DNA of 64,000 bases from Schmidtea nova (lineage: Eukaryota), in the NCBI GenBank assembly GCA_044892505.1, contig CM097884.1:63302001-63366000 (forward strand), written 5' to 3'. Under the pieces are notes generated by a model. That model was not told where the DNA came from, did no database searches, and worked only from the letters and a program-made list of their open reading frames with translations. Positions 12,296-25,438 of this stretch are shown in pieces. The position numbers were made by a program, and so were the translations under genes. How positions within the stretch are numbered: the stretch's first letter is position 1; every line of letters begins with the position of its first letter.

Positions 12296-12780
12296 TTAAT
12301 CACGCTTTTCAATTTTCTCATACTCAATGCCATTTGACTCAAGTTTTTTTATCGATACCAATATTTTAAATGATTCTTCCGCACTAGCTTCTAGTAATTT
12401 TTCAAGTCTTTTCATCATCAATGTAGCTTTTTTGCTTTCCAGATTATCAGTTGTACTCACGGTTTCGTCTCCGTTTCTGCCGTCTTGCTGCGATCCATAC
12501 ATCATGTGATTATCCAATTCATCATCGGATTCGAACTTTGACATTAGACGATCCAAACTTCGACCCATTTCTTTCACTTGATTTTCATTCTCTTCATTGA
12601 AATCATCTGATTGAACAAAAGTCACATTGCCTTCTGTATTTTATCATTTTGGAATCTAATTGATTTTTTCAATATAGATTTCTGAAATTTGTCGACATTT
12701 CTCGCGCATGATCTAGCCATGTGACCATAGCCTCTACATGATGTTGAAGTTGATGAAGACCTCGATCATGTTTAATAATA
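12296..12780 (-). mobile_element. Gag-like remnant with a partial CCHC knuckle
   Basis: SCRGYGHMARSC followed, after a frameshift, by an acidic coiled-coil-like ORF (12296-12625). Confidence 0.4.
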
Positions 12781-12804
12781 ATATAGAAAATATATATTTT
12801 CAAG

Positions 12805-13252
12805 ATTCACTATCATTTCGTCCAAAAGTCATTTCGTCCAAATATTTTTCATACAAAAATTCATTTCAACTTTCACGATCAACTTTCACGATCAACCTAA
12901 AATAATAACTTCTATAATTGTAGAAGTATAGGTGAACAGACACCTCTCTCACGTGCACAATGACCATCATCCACAAACATCCACTGCATTGATTTTGCCT
13001 CACTGTATAAGTTCCATTTTGAAAGTGATAATCTACCATTAATCCAAGTACCGTCATATTGCCTACTAATCCATGTTGATTCAAAATATTCGATCAATTG
13101 GTTAAATACACTATCGGTATAATATTCACTTTCTTTAAGTGATAGGTAATAGTCAAGCATACACCACTCTGCAACAAAGCCTAAAGCAACTAAAGATCTT
13201 TGGACGAAATGACTTTTAGACTAAACATTTTGGACGAAATTAACGCGTACCT
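12805..13252 (-). mobile_element. Mutator (MULE)-like deletion derivative
   Basis: Inverted termini built on catttcgtccaaaagtcatttcgtccaaa / tttggacgaaatgacttttag...ttttggacgaaat; internal FNQLIEYFESTWISRQYDGTWINGRLSLSKWNLY resembles the MULE F.DYFE.TWI...WN motif. Confidence 0.65.
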
Positions 13253-13628
13253 ATTTTCAATGATATCGGTTATTCTCACTTTGATCGTTTTGTTTTTATT
13301 TCAGAAATTTTCATTTTTTTTATAAAGTCTATGTATCAACACATATTTTTAAAAGGTACTCGAATTTTCATCACGGCGTTAATACACGCTAAAAAAGGCT
13401 GTACCGAATATTAGTGTAACTTTTAGAAACATTTTTTCTCTATAAAAAATGAAAATATACAATTCCCTATATTTCAAAAGTAGCTAAAAAAGGCTAAGAT
13501 CAAAACTTGGCTATTTTGAGTTTATGCTTATTTGCAAACAAATTCAGCAAAATTTGTATTTAAAAGTCAGGTCGGTATTATAATCTCTGTTAATGGACAA
13601 TTTTTCTATAAGTTCTTTGATTTATGAG

Positions 13629-14192
13629 TGTAAAGGTTATATCTACATTGTTGTTACTTTTATTATTTCATTATCATTATTATTATTGTTAACGCTTTTA
13701 TTAACAAGGGCGTCCCTGCGGATACAGGATGCCCCTTTCTTTTTATTATATGGTAACGTTGTTGGATTTTCTTTATTCGTCTCAGAATCGTTTTTCTTTC
13801 GTTCTCAACTGGGGTATTTTTTCCTGGATTTATCGTGACTATTTTTGTTGGATTTCTTTATTCGTCTCTGAATCGTTTTTATATTTTGTATCAAATTCTG
13901 TATATGCTGTATATGTATATATAACTCTCCAGTTATCAATTTCAATTGTTAATTTTTTATTCAATTTCTGATTGTCATGGATAATTGATATTTTATTTTC
14001 CATATTCAAATATTTATTTTTTATTTTCAGGCATATAATAAGAGACATCCAACAACGTTACCATATAATAAAAAGAAAGGGGCATCCTGTATCCGCGGGG
14101 ACGCCCTTGTTAATAAAAGCGTTATCAATAATGATAATGATAATGACAATAAAAATAATAAAAATAACAACAATGTTGATATAACCTTTACA
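13629..14192. mobile_element. Foldback MITE with TGT...ACA termini, roughly 140-bp TIRs and a 5-bp TSD (Ginger-like)
   Basis: TGTAAAGGTTATATC... / ...GATATAACCTTTACA; ATGAG at both 13624-13628 and 14193-14197; GC hairpin gggcgtccctgcggatacaggatgccc in each arm. Confidence 0.8.
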
Positions 14193-14292
14193 ATGAGGTA
14201 AGTCATAATTATTATTGTAAAAACAATAGTGATTTTATTTTTATTTAATATTTTCCACTCTAAAATTAAAAGTTCTCTATTTTCAATGTTAG

Positions 14293-15286
14293 ATACTTAA
14301 AGACAGAGGAATATGCAAAAGTCCAAAAGTCAATAACAGAAGCCAATTGTACATTGGATAATTCTCTTTTAGAACAAACGTACGAAATTCTTTCAAATTC
14401 GAAATATAAAGTCAGATGGTGCAATCAACTACGAGGATTATTGTGGAGACATTGGGTAAACATTGTGAGAGATAAAAATCTTTTTCTAGTTCGGTTAGGC
14501 CAAACGGTTTTCCTTTCAATAATGATTTCTTTGATATTTTTCCAACAAAATTACAACGATCCGAGGAGTCAGCTTAATCTGAATGGAGTTCATTTTCTCC
14601 AAACCACTCTAATGACTTACAATATATTTTATACCGTACTTAACGCTTTTCCTTCAGATTTGCCAATATTTTTTCGGGAGCACAGTGCCGGCATGTATAG
14701 AGTTGATGCGTATTTTATTAGCAGGAATATAACGGATTTGTTGATTTTTGTTTTATTGCCAGTAATTCTTTCATGCTTTGTCTTTGGCTTGGTAGTCACA
14801 GACCATTCTATTGAAAAGTTTATAATTCTTATGCTTACGGATATCGCTGTCTGTAAATGTTCAGTTTCTTTGGCATATCTATTATCGACATCAACTGTAG
14901 ACATAGATTTTTCATTGGCCATTACTCCGCCTATTCTATATTTGTTTATGCTGTGTTCGGGTTATTTAATAAATTTGGAAAGTATACTTGTGCCATTCAA
15001 ATATATTCAGTACATCTCATGGTTGCGATATGGATTCGAAAATCTAATAATAAATCAATGGATAGACGTTCACAATGTCACATGTATTTACAATATCTCA
15101 GCGACAAAATCGCCATGTTTCAGTGAAGGTAGCGACATGATAAAGTTTCTCGAGTTTGAACCATCGAAAACAAGATATTACTACAATTTTATTATGTTTC
15201 TCGTAATTATCGTTGTCTTTCGAGTTGGTGCGTTTTTGTGTTTGGTTATTCGATGCAGAGAAACAAAAAGAAAGCCAAAGAAATAA
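14293..15286 (+). CDS. ABCG half-transporter (white/scarlet-like), terminal exon encoding the ABC2 membrane domain
   Basis: YKVRWCNQLRGLLWR...RLGQT...LNLNGVHF...FPSDLPIFFREHSAGMYRVDAYF...YISWLRYGFENLIINQW; acceptor ttag at 14292; in frame with the upstream exon (QELATK/YLKTEEY). Confidence 0.95.
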
Positions 15287-15635
15287 TATGTTGAATTTTT
15301 TTTATTTCTGATAATTGGATTAAATAGAACATTTGTAAAATTTATCATTTCATTTATTTATTATTTAAAATTATTATTTTTTATTATATAAATGATTATT
15401 GTTTGCATTTTTACACATTTGTGTATTGTTGTAGAATTAAGTATTGTTCTAGAATGTTTTATCATTCGACATTCTTTATTTGGACGAACAAAATGTTTTT
15501 TATTGTATTATAATGAGAGCTACAGGATTTCTAACATTCAATTTTTAAGGTAAACAGTTCTCGGTGGTATTTAAAAAGTTATTATTTTGTTGAGGTTCGT
15601 CTAAAGTGGTGTAACATGAAACGAGAATGCGCGGG

Positions 15636-16408
15636 GATTGGGGATAAATCAGTAAAACGGCTGAAAGTGTCATATTCACAATTGATAAATATGTACAAAA
15701 GTTAATTAAAAATTAAGAAAAATTTTAAATTCACATATCACAGGGGAAATTGGTATGTATGGGCGGCAAATGGAGAGACGAGTACGAATATGATAATAAC
15801 ATAAAAAGATATTCAATAAATAGAAATTAATAATTGAATAATTTATTAGTTATGTAAGAAACCCGAGTCAATGGGAAACCCGACCTAATAAAAAACTCGA
15901 ACAAAAAAAAACCCGACATAAAATTAAATTACCGGAGTAGTAGGCGGAAATGATTGTATTACAAAGAACAGTAATCATCTCAGTTTTGCGAAAATTTAAT
16001 TATAAAAGAAATAATTATATTATGTCCTCATTCTGGTAATCTAATTGATATCTTGACAAAAAAATTTCCATAAAAGGAATAGCAAAACAACAGTAGATTG
16101 TGGTCAAAATAAAATTATTCATTGGCAGCACCAAACATTTGGAAAGTGGGAAGAGAGTGATTGTCAGAAACCCAACATTAGCAAATAAAAACTACCAAAA
16201 AGGGAAATCTACCCTTGGTAAACCTACCTCTATCGCTCGAATAACGGAGAGTGCTGAATGTTTTTACAGAAAATATATATTGTATTGATTTATCGTTTGT
16301 AAATTGGTGGAATTCAATAAAATTCATTGTGTTGGGTTTTAGTGATTTTTAATTATAGGAGCACGAGAATTCAGATAATTAAGCGATTTAAAACAAATAA
16401 CCTAACAA
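15636..16408 (+). mobile_element. Eroded LTR of the TGTTGGG...CCCAACA family
   Basis: gaaacccgag..aatgggaaacccg repeats, internal aataaaattcattgtgttggg and end aataacctaaca match the reverse complement of 32314-33127. Confidence 0.55.
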
Positions 16409-16771
16409 TTTTAGAATGTTAATATTTTGAAGATTGGTCATTAGTTTAATAGCAATTCCCGAGTAGTCATTAAGAATGTTTGACAAATAGACTGACCGAA
16501 AATTTTGAATTAACGAAATGATTATGTTATTATAAAGAGGAAGAAATTATAATATAACATCATCGTTTTTGAAATATTGTTTAATAGAGTCATGGCTGAA
16601 AGAATATTCCTTTAATGAAAATGACGCTAATCTAAAATTTATTTTGTGGTCTTATTAATTTATCAGTTTATGAAATGTTTTGTGTTTAATAAAATGTATT
16701 TGTGGAGATTAATTAAGTGTAAGAGCCTAGTAAAAACAAATGATTACGGACAACGCCAAATGAAAAGCAAA

Positions 16772-17628
16772 CGTTGGGTTATTAATAATGTCGGTATGAC
16801 AACTCTGACTCTACGTGTTATCTTTAATATGAATTTGATAACATCAAATTCAAAATAAATTTTAATTGAATCACTCTTTCAATTATTATCTACATTTTTA
16901 ATTGTGTCATGGTAGGCCTTCTAAAGGGATATCGCCTTTTCTGGTACGGAGTTTAATTTTATTGACTACTACTTACATCCTATGATATTTTGATCCAACT
17001 AACTTTGTCTTTTCTTATTTTGATAACTTCTTGAATCGCCAAAAGTATTTTGACTTCGACCAGCTGGTGTTTGTTACGAATTCGCTTGCGTTTTATAGTG
17101 ACTCCTATCACTAGAATTAATTAAAATTTTCAAGTAGAGTTTTTCTTTTTCTTTTTGAGTTTCTGCTATTAATTTAAATGTTTCATAATTTCTGTTTTCG
17201 TTCCTACCGGGTTTTTAATTTACCCTAAACAAATTTAATTATTTTATTTCTAATCAGGATATCCAACACTACTTGGATTTTTCCTTGGCTCCAAAATTCG
17301 CCTAAAATAATTTAATTATTTTGCTGATGACTTGGGTTTTCCATACAGCCGAGTTTCCCATTGGCTCGGGCTTGCTATTAGATAATTATTTTTTTTAATT
17401 AATTTCTATTTTCTTAATATTTATTTCTGGAGATCCCGCATTGATTTTTTATTATTATATTTGGATTTGTCTCATTATTTGGCATCTATCCATATGAATT
17501 TTAATATATTTTAAAATTTTAATTAGTACTGCACTTTATTTGTAACTTTTAATTTCATTATTTTATCTATTTAAACTCATTTTTCTGTGTTTTTTAATTT
17601 TATTTGTGCCTCCAGACAAAACCCAACA
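16772..17628 (-). mobile_element. Solo LTR of the same family, inverted relative to 15636-16408
   Basis: Termini cgttgggttattaat / aaaacccaaca; flanks caaa and caag (imperfect 4-bp TSD); gtttcccattggctcggg repeat. Confidence 0.65.
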
Positions 17629-18825
17629 CAAGTATGCTGTGACAAATCGTCTTCATTTTATTATCCGTATTATAATTAACAACAGCGGCTTAATTTCACT
17701 TTTAATATTCAATAAATGTATAATTAAATAAAGTGTTTTTTGATTTAAGAACAAGCTACTTTACCAATTTTGGAACAGTATACTTCCATTTGCAGCTATG
17801 AACCCTGAGTACTATGTTGTGACATTTCTTAGAGAATCATAACATTTGTTCAAGTTTTAACTCTGATACACTATACCAAAGTCACGGGTCACGATTGTTG
17901 TGGTTGCATAAATTGTATAAATAAAATTTAAATGTGCAAAGATTCTAATGTAAAGCATTTAAAATCCAAAATTTTATATAAATTTAGAAAAAATAAATTA
18001 AATTGGAAATCAAAATTCATATTGTTTACCAAACTCGAATTTTCCTTAATTAACGACTTTACATTTTGTACACATTCTAATGATTTTCACCTATTTTTAA
18101 AGTTTTCTGACAAATCCAGAATCACCATGTTCTTCACCATTACATGATCTATATCTGATCCGTTTTCAAATTTTAATTCGATAAATTAATTATTTATTTA
18201 TTTTCTGTAAATTCCCACATATTGAATTATACATTTTCTTTAACTCTCTATTATTTTCAACTATATTCTTTATTACAGTTTATATTAGAGATTTAATTAA
18301 TTTCTATTCCATTTTTATTAAAAATTATTTGTACAATTCTCGATTTGTTGTCATTTTGATATAACAAAAAAACGCCGTTATTTGCTTGGTTATGAATTTT
18401 GATTAACGGGACGCGCGAAGTCGGATTAAAGTCAAATCGTGCCAACATTAATTAATAAGCCTAATTCGAGTGTACTGAGGATAAATCAAAATTTACGGGT
18501 AGCTTGCATAGTAACTCAAAGCTCTATCAATCTCAAAATAAAATTAAAATTAAAATTAATTTTTTATTTTTCGCTTCCTATTCCTGCTATTTTTATGTAT
18601 TTTCTCGAGATACTTTTTGTGACATTTTTAGTTATCAAGTTTAAAATCATTTTTTATTTTGCTTTTTTTTAAATTTGACTTGGTTTACATGAGTGTTTAT
18701 TTTATCACTTTATTTAAACAAATCTTCAATGTATTGTATTTTAGAAATTTGAAATAAAGTTAGATATATAAAATAAAATATAACATTTTAAACAGAATTA
18801 TCTTTTGGTTTTACCTTTGATCTAT

Positions 18826-19000
18826 TTTTAATTAAATCAATAATTTTCATAAAGATCAATTTTTTGTTGCTGTTAGGTACACGATATTGTTGCAGACTTT
18901 ATCAATTACCCACTTGATAAAGGCTGTGCCGAATATCGTGTACCTAACGACTAAAGAAAATAGTATTAATTATTAATATGAAAATTATTAATTTAAATTT
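18826..19000. repeat. Palindromic hammerhead-like repeat
   Basis: cctttgatc start; arms ttaggtacacgatatt / aatatcgtgtacctaa; core TTGATAAAGGCTGTGCCGAA at 18914-18933. Confidence 0.7.
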
Positions 19001-19486
19001 TAAACAGAATTAAAATAAATAATTATAATTCAAATATGAAAAACTTTCGTTAACCACTTAACCCGCGGTTTTTCTCGATAATTTAATCTATATCTGAATA
19101 CAAAAAAACAGATTTTGGTTGGAAAATACCAAAACACGTGTAAGTTTACGGTTCAACCCGAGTGGCAGTCGGGCTTGCGCCGTTACGTAGTTAATAGCAG
19201 TCTTGACCAATTTATTTACAATAGTTTAAAATTGTAAATATTTAATTACTTTTCAGATTGGCTTAAAATTAAAATATCTGGGTCAAATGCTGATGGTGTA
19301 TCAAATTTAATTGCTCAAAAGAACCTGAAAAAATGAAAACAGAACGCTGGTTAAATCGATTGTATTTTATTATCACATCATGCACAAAATATTGAAAGTA
19401 TAATTGGTTATCACTCGATTGTGTAGTTAGGGGTCAATTAATCTAAATCTATATTTTAAAAAGGCTTCTATGACAGTGAATAAAAT

Positions 19487-19561
19487 CTAAGACATATGCA
19501 AATTGTCAATCACGTGGGTGACCTTTCCGAATATCTCATCAATCGTGCCAGATGCGTCAAT
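19487..19561 (-). CDS. AK1: Adenylate kinase 1, last coding exon
   Basis: IDASGTIDEIFGKVTHVIDNLHMS*; acceptor tttcag; 75 nt, phase 0. Confidence 0.85.
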   Translation of the reverse strand: MDASGTIDEIFGKVTHVIDNLHMS

Positions 19562-22002
19562 CTGAAATAGAATAATTATAATCAAATTTATAAGCTGGAA
19601 AACATTTATTTACTTTAACAATATTAGTATGTAAAATGAAATAAGTTGCAAAAATAAAATACGAAAGCCAAATAAAAATATTTCTATTCAAAAATTCATA
19701 ATTTATACAAAAAATCGACATAATTTTCAATTTTATTTATCTTCACTTCAAACACTTGAGAAAAAAACTGTTAGAAAGTAAAATTAAATATACAACTTAG
19801 TCTGTTCCGCACCGAGAATTCAAGTCAAACATGCGGTGCAAGTAAAATATGTTTTATATTTGATTCCGTGGTTGGTTCAGTAGGGGCCTCAACTCATTAT
19901 TCGTTCTTCCTACTAAATCATATTAATAAGTTTAAAATTTCATTTTTAGTTTGGTGTTTTTTGGCTGGACGGCATTTTTAAGAAACCGGCAAATAAAAAC
20001 TTTATAGCAGAAGGTACCTTAATGTATATCGCAACTATCTCAGTTTGTGTGTAAAAAGCAATAAATAAAAAGTGCTTATAGAAAATTAAACATTATAAGT
20101 TTCGTTTATTATTTAACTTTTATTTGATTTATTTAAAATTGTGCAATGACACTCATGATATCTAAACAATTGGTAGATTGATATAGTTTATCAATTTCAC
20201 GGTTCATGCCTCATGTAGTGCCATTTTTAAAAGGTTTTTTAGCCAAGTGGAACTGAATACAAGTAAATATAATTAAATACGTAAATCATTTATTTCTTAC
20301 TAATTTAAATTAAAATTATTAAAAATAATGACTTATTAATTTTTAACCTTTCCGTCTTTAAAAATTAAAGCGCATAGAAATTTACTTCAAAATATATAGC
20401 AATGAGGCAACTTTGATACAATTCTAAAACGATAGAGTTAAAGATTTCTAAAAAATCAACTAGTTGTCGATAAAAAAAATAAATAGAGAAAATATTATTA
20501 AATAAAATTAAGACGTGTGAATTTGTCTTTCCAGAAAATTTCCTCGATCTTGCTATATGCGTCCGTCCGTCAGTCCCACTCATCTAACTTTATGTAATTT
20601 TAGTTAAAATTATTCTACTATTAAAAATAAATAGTATAATTATAATAATAATAAATTTTTAAATAGCTAAAGATCATTTAAAATATTTTTATTATCACAC
20701 ACACACATATATATATATAAGCTTTATTACTCGGCTTCACCGGGAAAAAATCAAACTCATTCTTTATTCATTATAATTAATTTTACATACCACGCTTTTA
20801 TAAATAAAATGTTTGTGTTCCATAAATAGAATAGGTAGATTTACTGCCTGACTTCGTACTGGCTGAATTGAACTTTCAAATGCAAATACCGGAAGACACT
20901 GGGTCATTAAGACGTTATTTTTGTGCTAGCTAATGTTGAAAGTTGAAAATATCACCGTGGACCTTACCTCGTGTGGCACTCACAAAATATTATCCATCAA
21001 TAAATCAGTTAATAATTATATTAAAAGTTGGAAGTTGAATAAAAATATATCCGTGAACCGTACCTCATGTAACACCTACAAAATATATCCAATCAATTAA
21101 TAATGATGTTAAAAGTTTAAAAATAGCTTAGCATGCTTAAATGTCATGTCGCTATTGTTTACCGCTTGGAAGGAGTTCTTGTATTTTCTGTTTTATAGTA
21201 TATAATGCCACTATTTCCGTCAGTCGTTTCCTAAATCTGCTGCTTATATTAATTAATAAATAAATTCTGATAAATTATAAATAAAAGCAAATGTCATGAA
21301 ATGACTGTATTTATTGTTGTAAAGGAATAATATTTAAGGAAAAACTTTTCATGTATCTAATACTTTGTAAATTCAAAAAAACGGCCGTCATTTGGCGGGC
21401 TTGAATTACAACTGGTTTATTATCAGCAGTTAATGTAATATTTAATTGATTTATCGTTTATTTGTGGGGTTTTTTGCATCGTGTATATGGAGATCCCAGA
21501 AATATTTCCAATAATATTTATTTTTCAATTTCTAAAAAGAATACAAGAGTTGAAATTTTTAACTTTTGACGGTTTGCAAAAAATCAAAAAGGTATAATTC
21601 CTTTTTTTTCGTGCATCCGGGTGGATAAGCGTTGTGAGTAAATGAATTAGAAACGCGTCTATCAATCAATAAATTGCTTAAGTGAATAACTTTATAGCTT
21701 TGAGAACTATCAATTATTGACAGGCCTTGATCCAATAAGTGCGGAGTCCGATTGGATTTTTGCGGGCCCTCTATATATTAAATATTTAAATATATAGTAA
21801 TTTGAATAATTTATAATTTGAATAATTTATAATTTATCCTTTATCGTCAAAAGCAATTTGCTTTAAATTTCGAAAAATAACTTTTTTGTTAATTTTGGTG
21901 GTGATATGGAGCCCGATTTGGCCCAATCGCTTCAATGCCTTAAATCCGGGCCTGAAAATGTTTACATTCATCATCACTAAATTGTTCAATAATGTTTTAC
22001 TA

Positions 22003-22209
<207 letters not shown>

Positions 22210-22255
22210 CTAAAAAAATTTATCGATTATTTTCAAATTCAAGATGCCAAATAAC

Positions 22256-22372
22256 TTCATTTTCGAATCGCTTTCCTTGTTCTAGTTCTCTTGGATAACC
22301 ATCAATTAGAAATCCGTGACTGTGGTCAATTTTTTTTACCATGGCATCTCGAATCAGGTCGAGAACAATGTC
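22256..22372 (-). CDS. AK1: Adenylate kinase 1, exon with GFLIDGYPR motif
   Basis: [39 protein letters not shown]; 117 nt, phase 0, AG/GT boundaries. Confidence 0.95.
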
Positions 22373-23210
22373 CTACAAATATAACTGAATTAATGTAATA
22401 AAATAACCAATAAAAATACATTAAAGATTAAATTTTTAAATGACCATTTCCCACTTATATAATTTTCAATTTATCAATTTAATACAAGAGTGGGCAACCC
22501 GCGGCACTCTTCTATTTATAACCATACAAATTTATTTTGTTGTTCGTTCATTATATGTTTTCTTTTTATATCTAGTTTTTCCCCTCAAATTTATCATTAA
22601 ACTAGTAAATCAAAAAAAAAATTCTTTTTTCAAATCCATGCTTTATGCGAGCAGAACTCCACTTGGCTGAGAAATTTTTTTTTGCAATTTATATTACATT
22701 TACACGCAAAATTTCTCTGAAGACACCAACACATTTACCTCTCGTCCATTGTTAAATGTATGGGGAAATTCAAATTGTTATTTAGTTAACTTAATTAACT
22801 TTTTTTGGTCAAATTTATCAATTTCCATGTATTGTCACCGGAAGTGAGCAAGTGTGCAAAATTTGAAGTGAATCGGTTGAGAGAAAAGCACTAAAAAATT
22901 GATTTGTAATTTTGTGGCACACACATATATATAGAAAGCAACCTTATATAAAGCATGGAAAAATTGATAAGTACAACATTATTTGTAAAGCAAAAAAAAT
23001 GATAAGAACAAAATTTTCTAATTATTCTTATTTATATGCGGCCCTTGATCCAATTTGGTTTGGTCAGTCCTGTTCTAATATACAAAGTTTTATTGACCTA
23101 ACATTTGGAATTTTTCGAGTTTTAATATATCTTACATTAGGGTTGTCAACGCCTTGGAAGTCAAATCGGGATAATGATCCACTAAACAAAGGAAATGGGA
23201 GGGTGTTTAA

Positions 23211-23241
23211 CCCTTTGGACGCGTAAGTCGACTAATGTCAC

Positions 23242-23311
<70 letters not shown>

Positions 23312-23333
23312 TAATTGTAACGCGTACAGAGGG
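23211..23333. mobile_element. piggyBac-type micro-MITE (123 bp) containing a (TA)n tract
   Basis: TTAA-CCCTTTGGACGCGT ... ACGCGTACAGAGGG-TTAA; 14-bp TIR with 2 mismatches and TTAA on both sides. Confidence 0.7.
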
Positions 23334-24067
23334 TTAAATATATAAATATTAAATTATTTATTCATTTATGTAAATAAAGAACAAAAAAAATCGTGAAAAA
23401 ATTTTGTAACTGAATATCAAAATTAGTTAAACAAAATGTAACTTTAAGTCATACTTTTATGTTTGTAGTACATATTTTACATATCAAATAGTTCCTTTGC
23501 TGGTTTCCAGTAATTACAGTAAACATATGATTCTTTTACAAATCGAGAGATCTATGGCGTAAGTGGGAAAAAATGACAAACAACTTTTTCAATATATAGT
23601 GCCTTTTGCGACAGAACAATACGCATTTTTTATAATTTTTATGGTCCACATATATGCAGCTAGTTTGAAAGCGTCAAACAATTAAATGAATAAAAATTCG
23701 ATGAACTGGGAATAAGATGATCCTTAAAAGTCTATTTGTAACTCAGACGATCAATATCTAAATGCGGGAGAATTTCGGTTAATATGGAATACTGAAAATT
23801 CTATTTTACGTTGCTCATATATTTCATAGTGTTGAACTGAAACTCGTGCCGAAAAATTCAAAAAAAACTTTATAATGAAATTCTGAAAAGCGAAATTTAA
23901 AATTAAAAGTTAAAATTAAAAATAAAAATATTAAATTATTGAATTGTACAAAGGAATGCAGAAACAAAATTCTAATAAAATTGAATGTAAAATTAGCATG
24001 AAATTGAAGAGTAAAAATTAATTATCAAAATTTTTGGGAGGAAAAGGTAGGATCATATGGTAAATGA

Positions 24068-24124
<57 letters not shown>

Positions 24125-24619
24125 CCACACATAAGACGCATAAGTACATTAATTATTTAGAAATACACGTGCTAGTATAGTTCTTTATTAATAATATTGT
24201 ATATTGGGACCATTCATTTCTAATTAAAATTAAAATTAATACTTTTATTAATTTTTCTTACATAATGCCTGAATTTTTCAGAGTCAAATAAAATTTATTT
24301 TTCAAACAAAATTTATTAGACACAACCTTTATTATTATTTTATTGAAAAATTTGATCTAGCCTTTATATAAAAAATAAATAAAAATTTTCGAAATAGATG
24401 AAAATAAAAGATGTTAATGACAGTACAATCTTTATTATTACTTACAAATTTAATATATTATATTTCTTTCGCTCACATTAGAGTACAAGAAGGTAAAAAT
24501 GCAATGTGATAGAATCAAACAAATTGATTTACCGAAAATATAATTCCAAATAAAAAAGCTATTACCTAAGAACACTAGTAAACACAATATTAATTTTACG
24601 AGGAAAATTATTAAATAAA

Positions 24620-24835
24620 AAATTTTAATTCAATAATTTTCATATTAATTTTTGTAAGACTGAATAAAAAAATTCTGTTGTTATTTGGTACACGTTATCA
24701 CACTTTAACATACTTGATAAAGGCTGTGCCTTAACATCGTGCCGAAAACATACAACCAATCAAATTTTTTTGATCTAAAGTCTTAAAAAAATTAATATGA
24801 AAATTATTGAATTAAAGTGATCAAAAGTGAAACTA
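24620..24835. repeat. Palindromic hammerhead-like repeat with a rearranged core, in an AK1 intron
   Basis: cttgataaaggctgtgccttaacatcgtgccgaaa at 24713; arms aataattttcatattaattttt / aaaaattaatatgaaaattatt; terminus gatcaaaag. Confidence 0.65.
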
Positions 24836-24966
24836 AAACATAATTTTAGATAAATAAAAAATTGTCAAATATTAGAAATTATATAAATAAAATAATTAAT
24901 ATTACCCATAATATAGCATAATTATTAACATTAATAAAATAAGTTTTGATGAATTAAATGTCTTAC

Positions 24967-25130
24967 TAGTGACACGAGTTCTCCTTTTTCCATTATTTCT
25001 TTAAGTTTATTTCCTCTTTCTGAACCCGATTCGACCTCCTCTCGTAATAAATCTCCGCTCGATAAATGATTGAAACCATATTTATGAACTATTTTTTCAC
25101 ATTGGGTTCCTTTTCCACTTCCTGGACCAC
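24967..25130 (-). CDS. AK1: Adenylate kinase 1, P-loop exon
   Basis: [55 protein letters not shown]; 164 nt, AG/GT boundaries. Confidence 0.95.
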
Positions 25131-25384
25131 CTAAAATTTGATTATAATTAACAAGTATTTAAATTAAAAAATCAATTAATAGATCGTGTATGTATTAGCC
25201 TAGCTCTTCACATACAGCATATTCAAATGCGCATTCACACATACACACGTAGTGTGTGTAAATGTCAACTTCAAAAATTTCAGGTGAAATTTTTCAGAAA
25301 AATTTTTCAACAGTTTAAATTTCAAATAATTTATAATAATTAAAAATTGATTTATTTAAATTATTTTCAATTGTAAAAACTAAC

Positions 25385-25438
25385 CCAGAACAAAAATAAC
25401 TTTTGCTGACTTTAGTTTGGATTTGGCATCATCTATTT
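25385..25438 (-). CDS. AK1: Adenylate kinase 1, exon preceding the P-loop
   Basis: IDDAKSKLKSAKVIFVLG, phase 1 at both ends; an alternative acceptor at 25432 is possible; start-codon exon not resolved. Confidence 0.85.

Noticed and set aside
14629-15126. Alternative-frame and antisense ORFs over ABCG, AK1, ATG10 and TE genes
   Set aside because: Shadow ORFs of real coding sequence.
19258-19337. Possible plus-strand mini-exon WLKIKISGSNADGVSNLIAQKNLKK*
   Set aside because: Single short segment with no homology recognised; lies in the probable AK1 3' UTR region.
20930-21120. Two-copy diverged tandem repeats here, at 35930-36390 and at 54280-54570
   Set aside because: Ordinary minisatellite or TE-internal duplications with no coding or structural signal.
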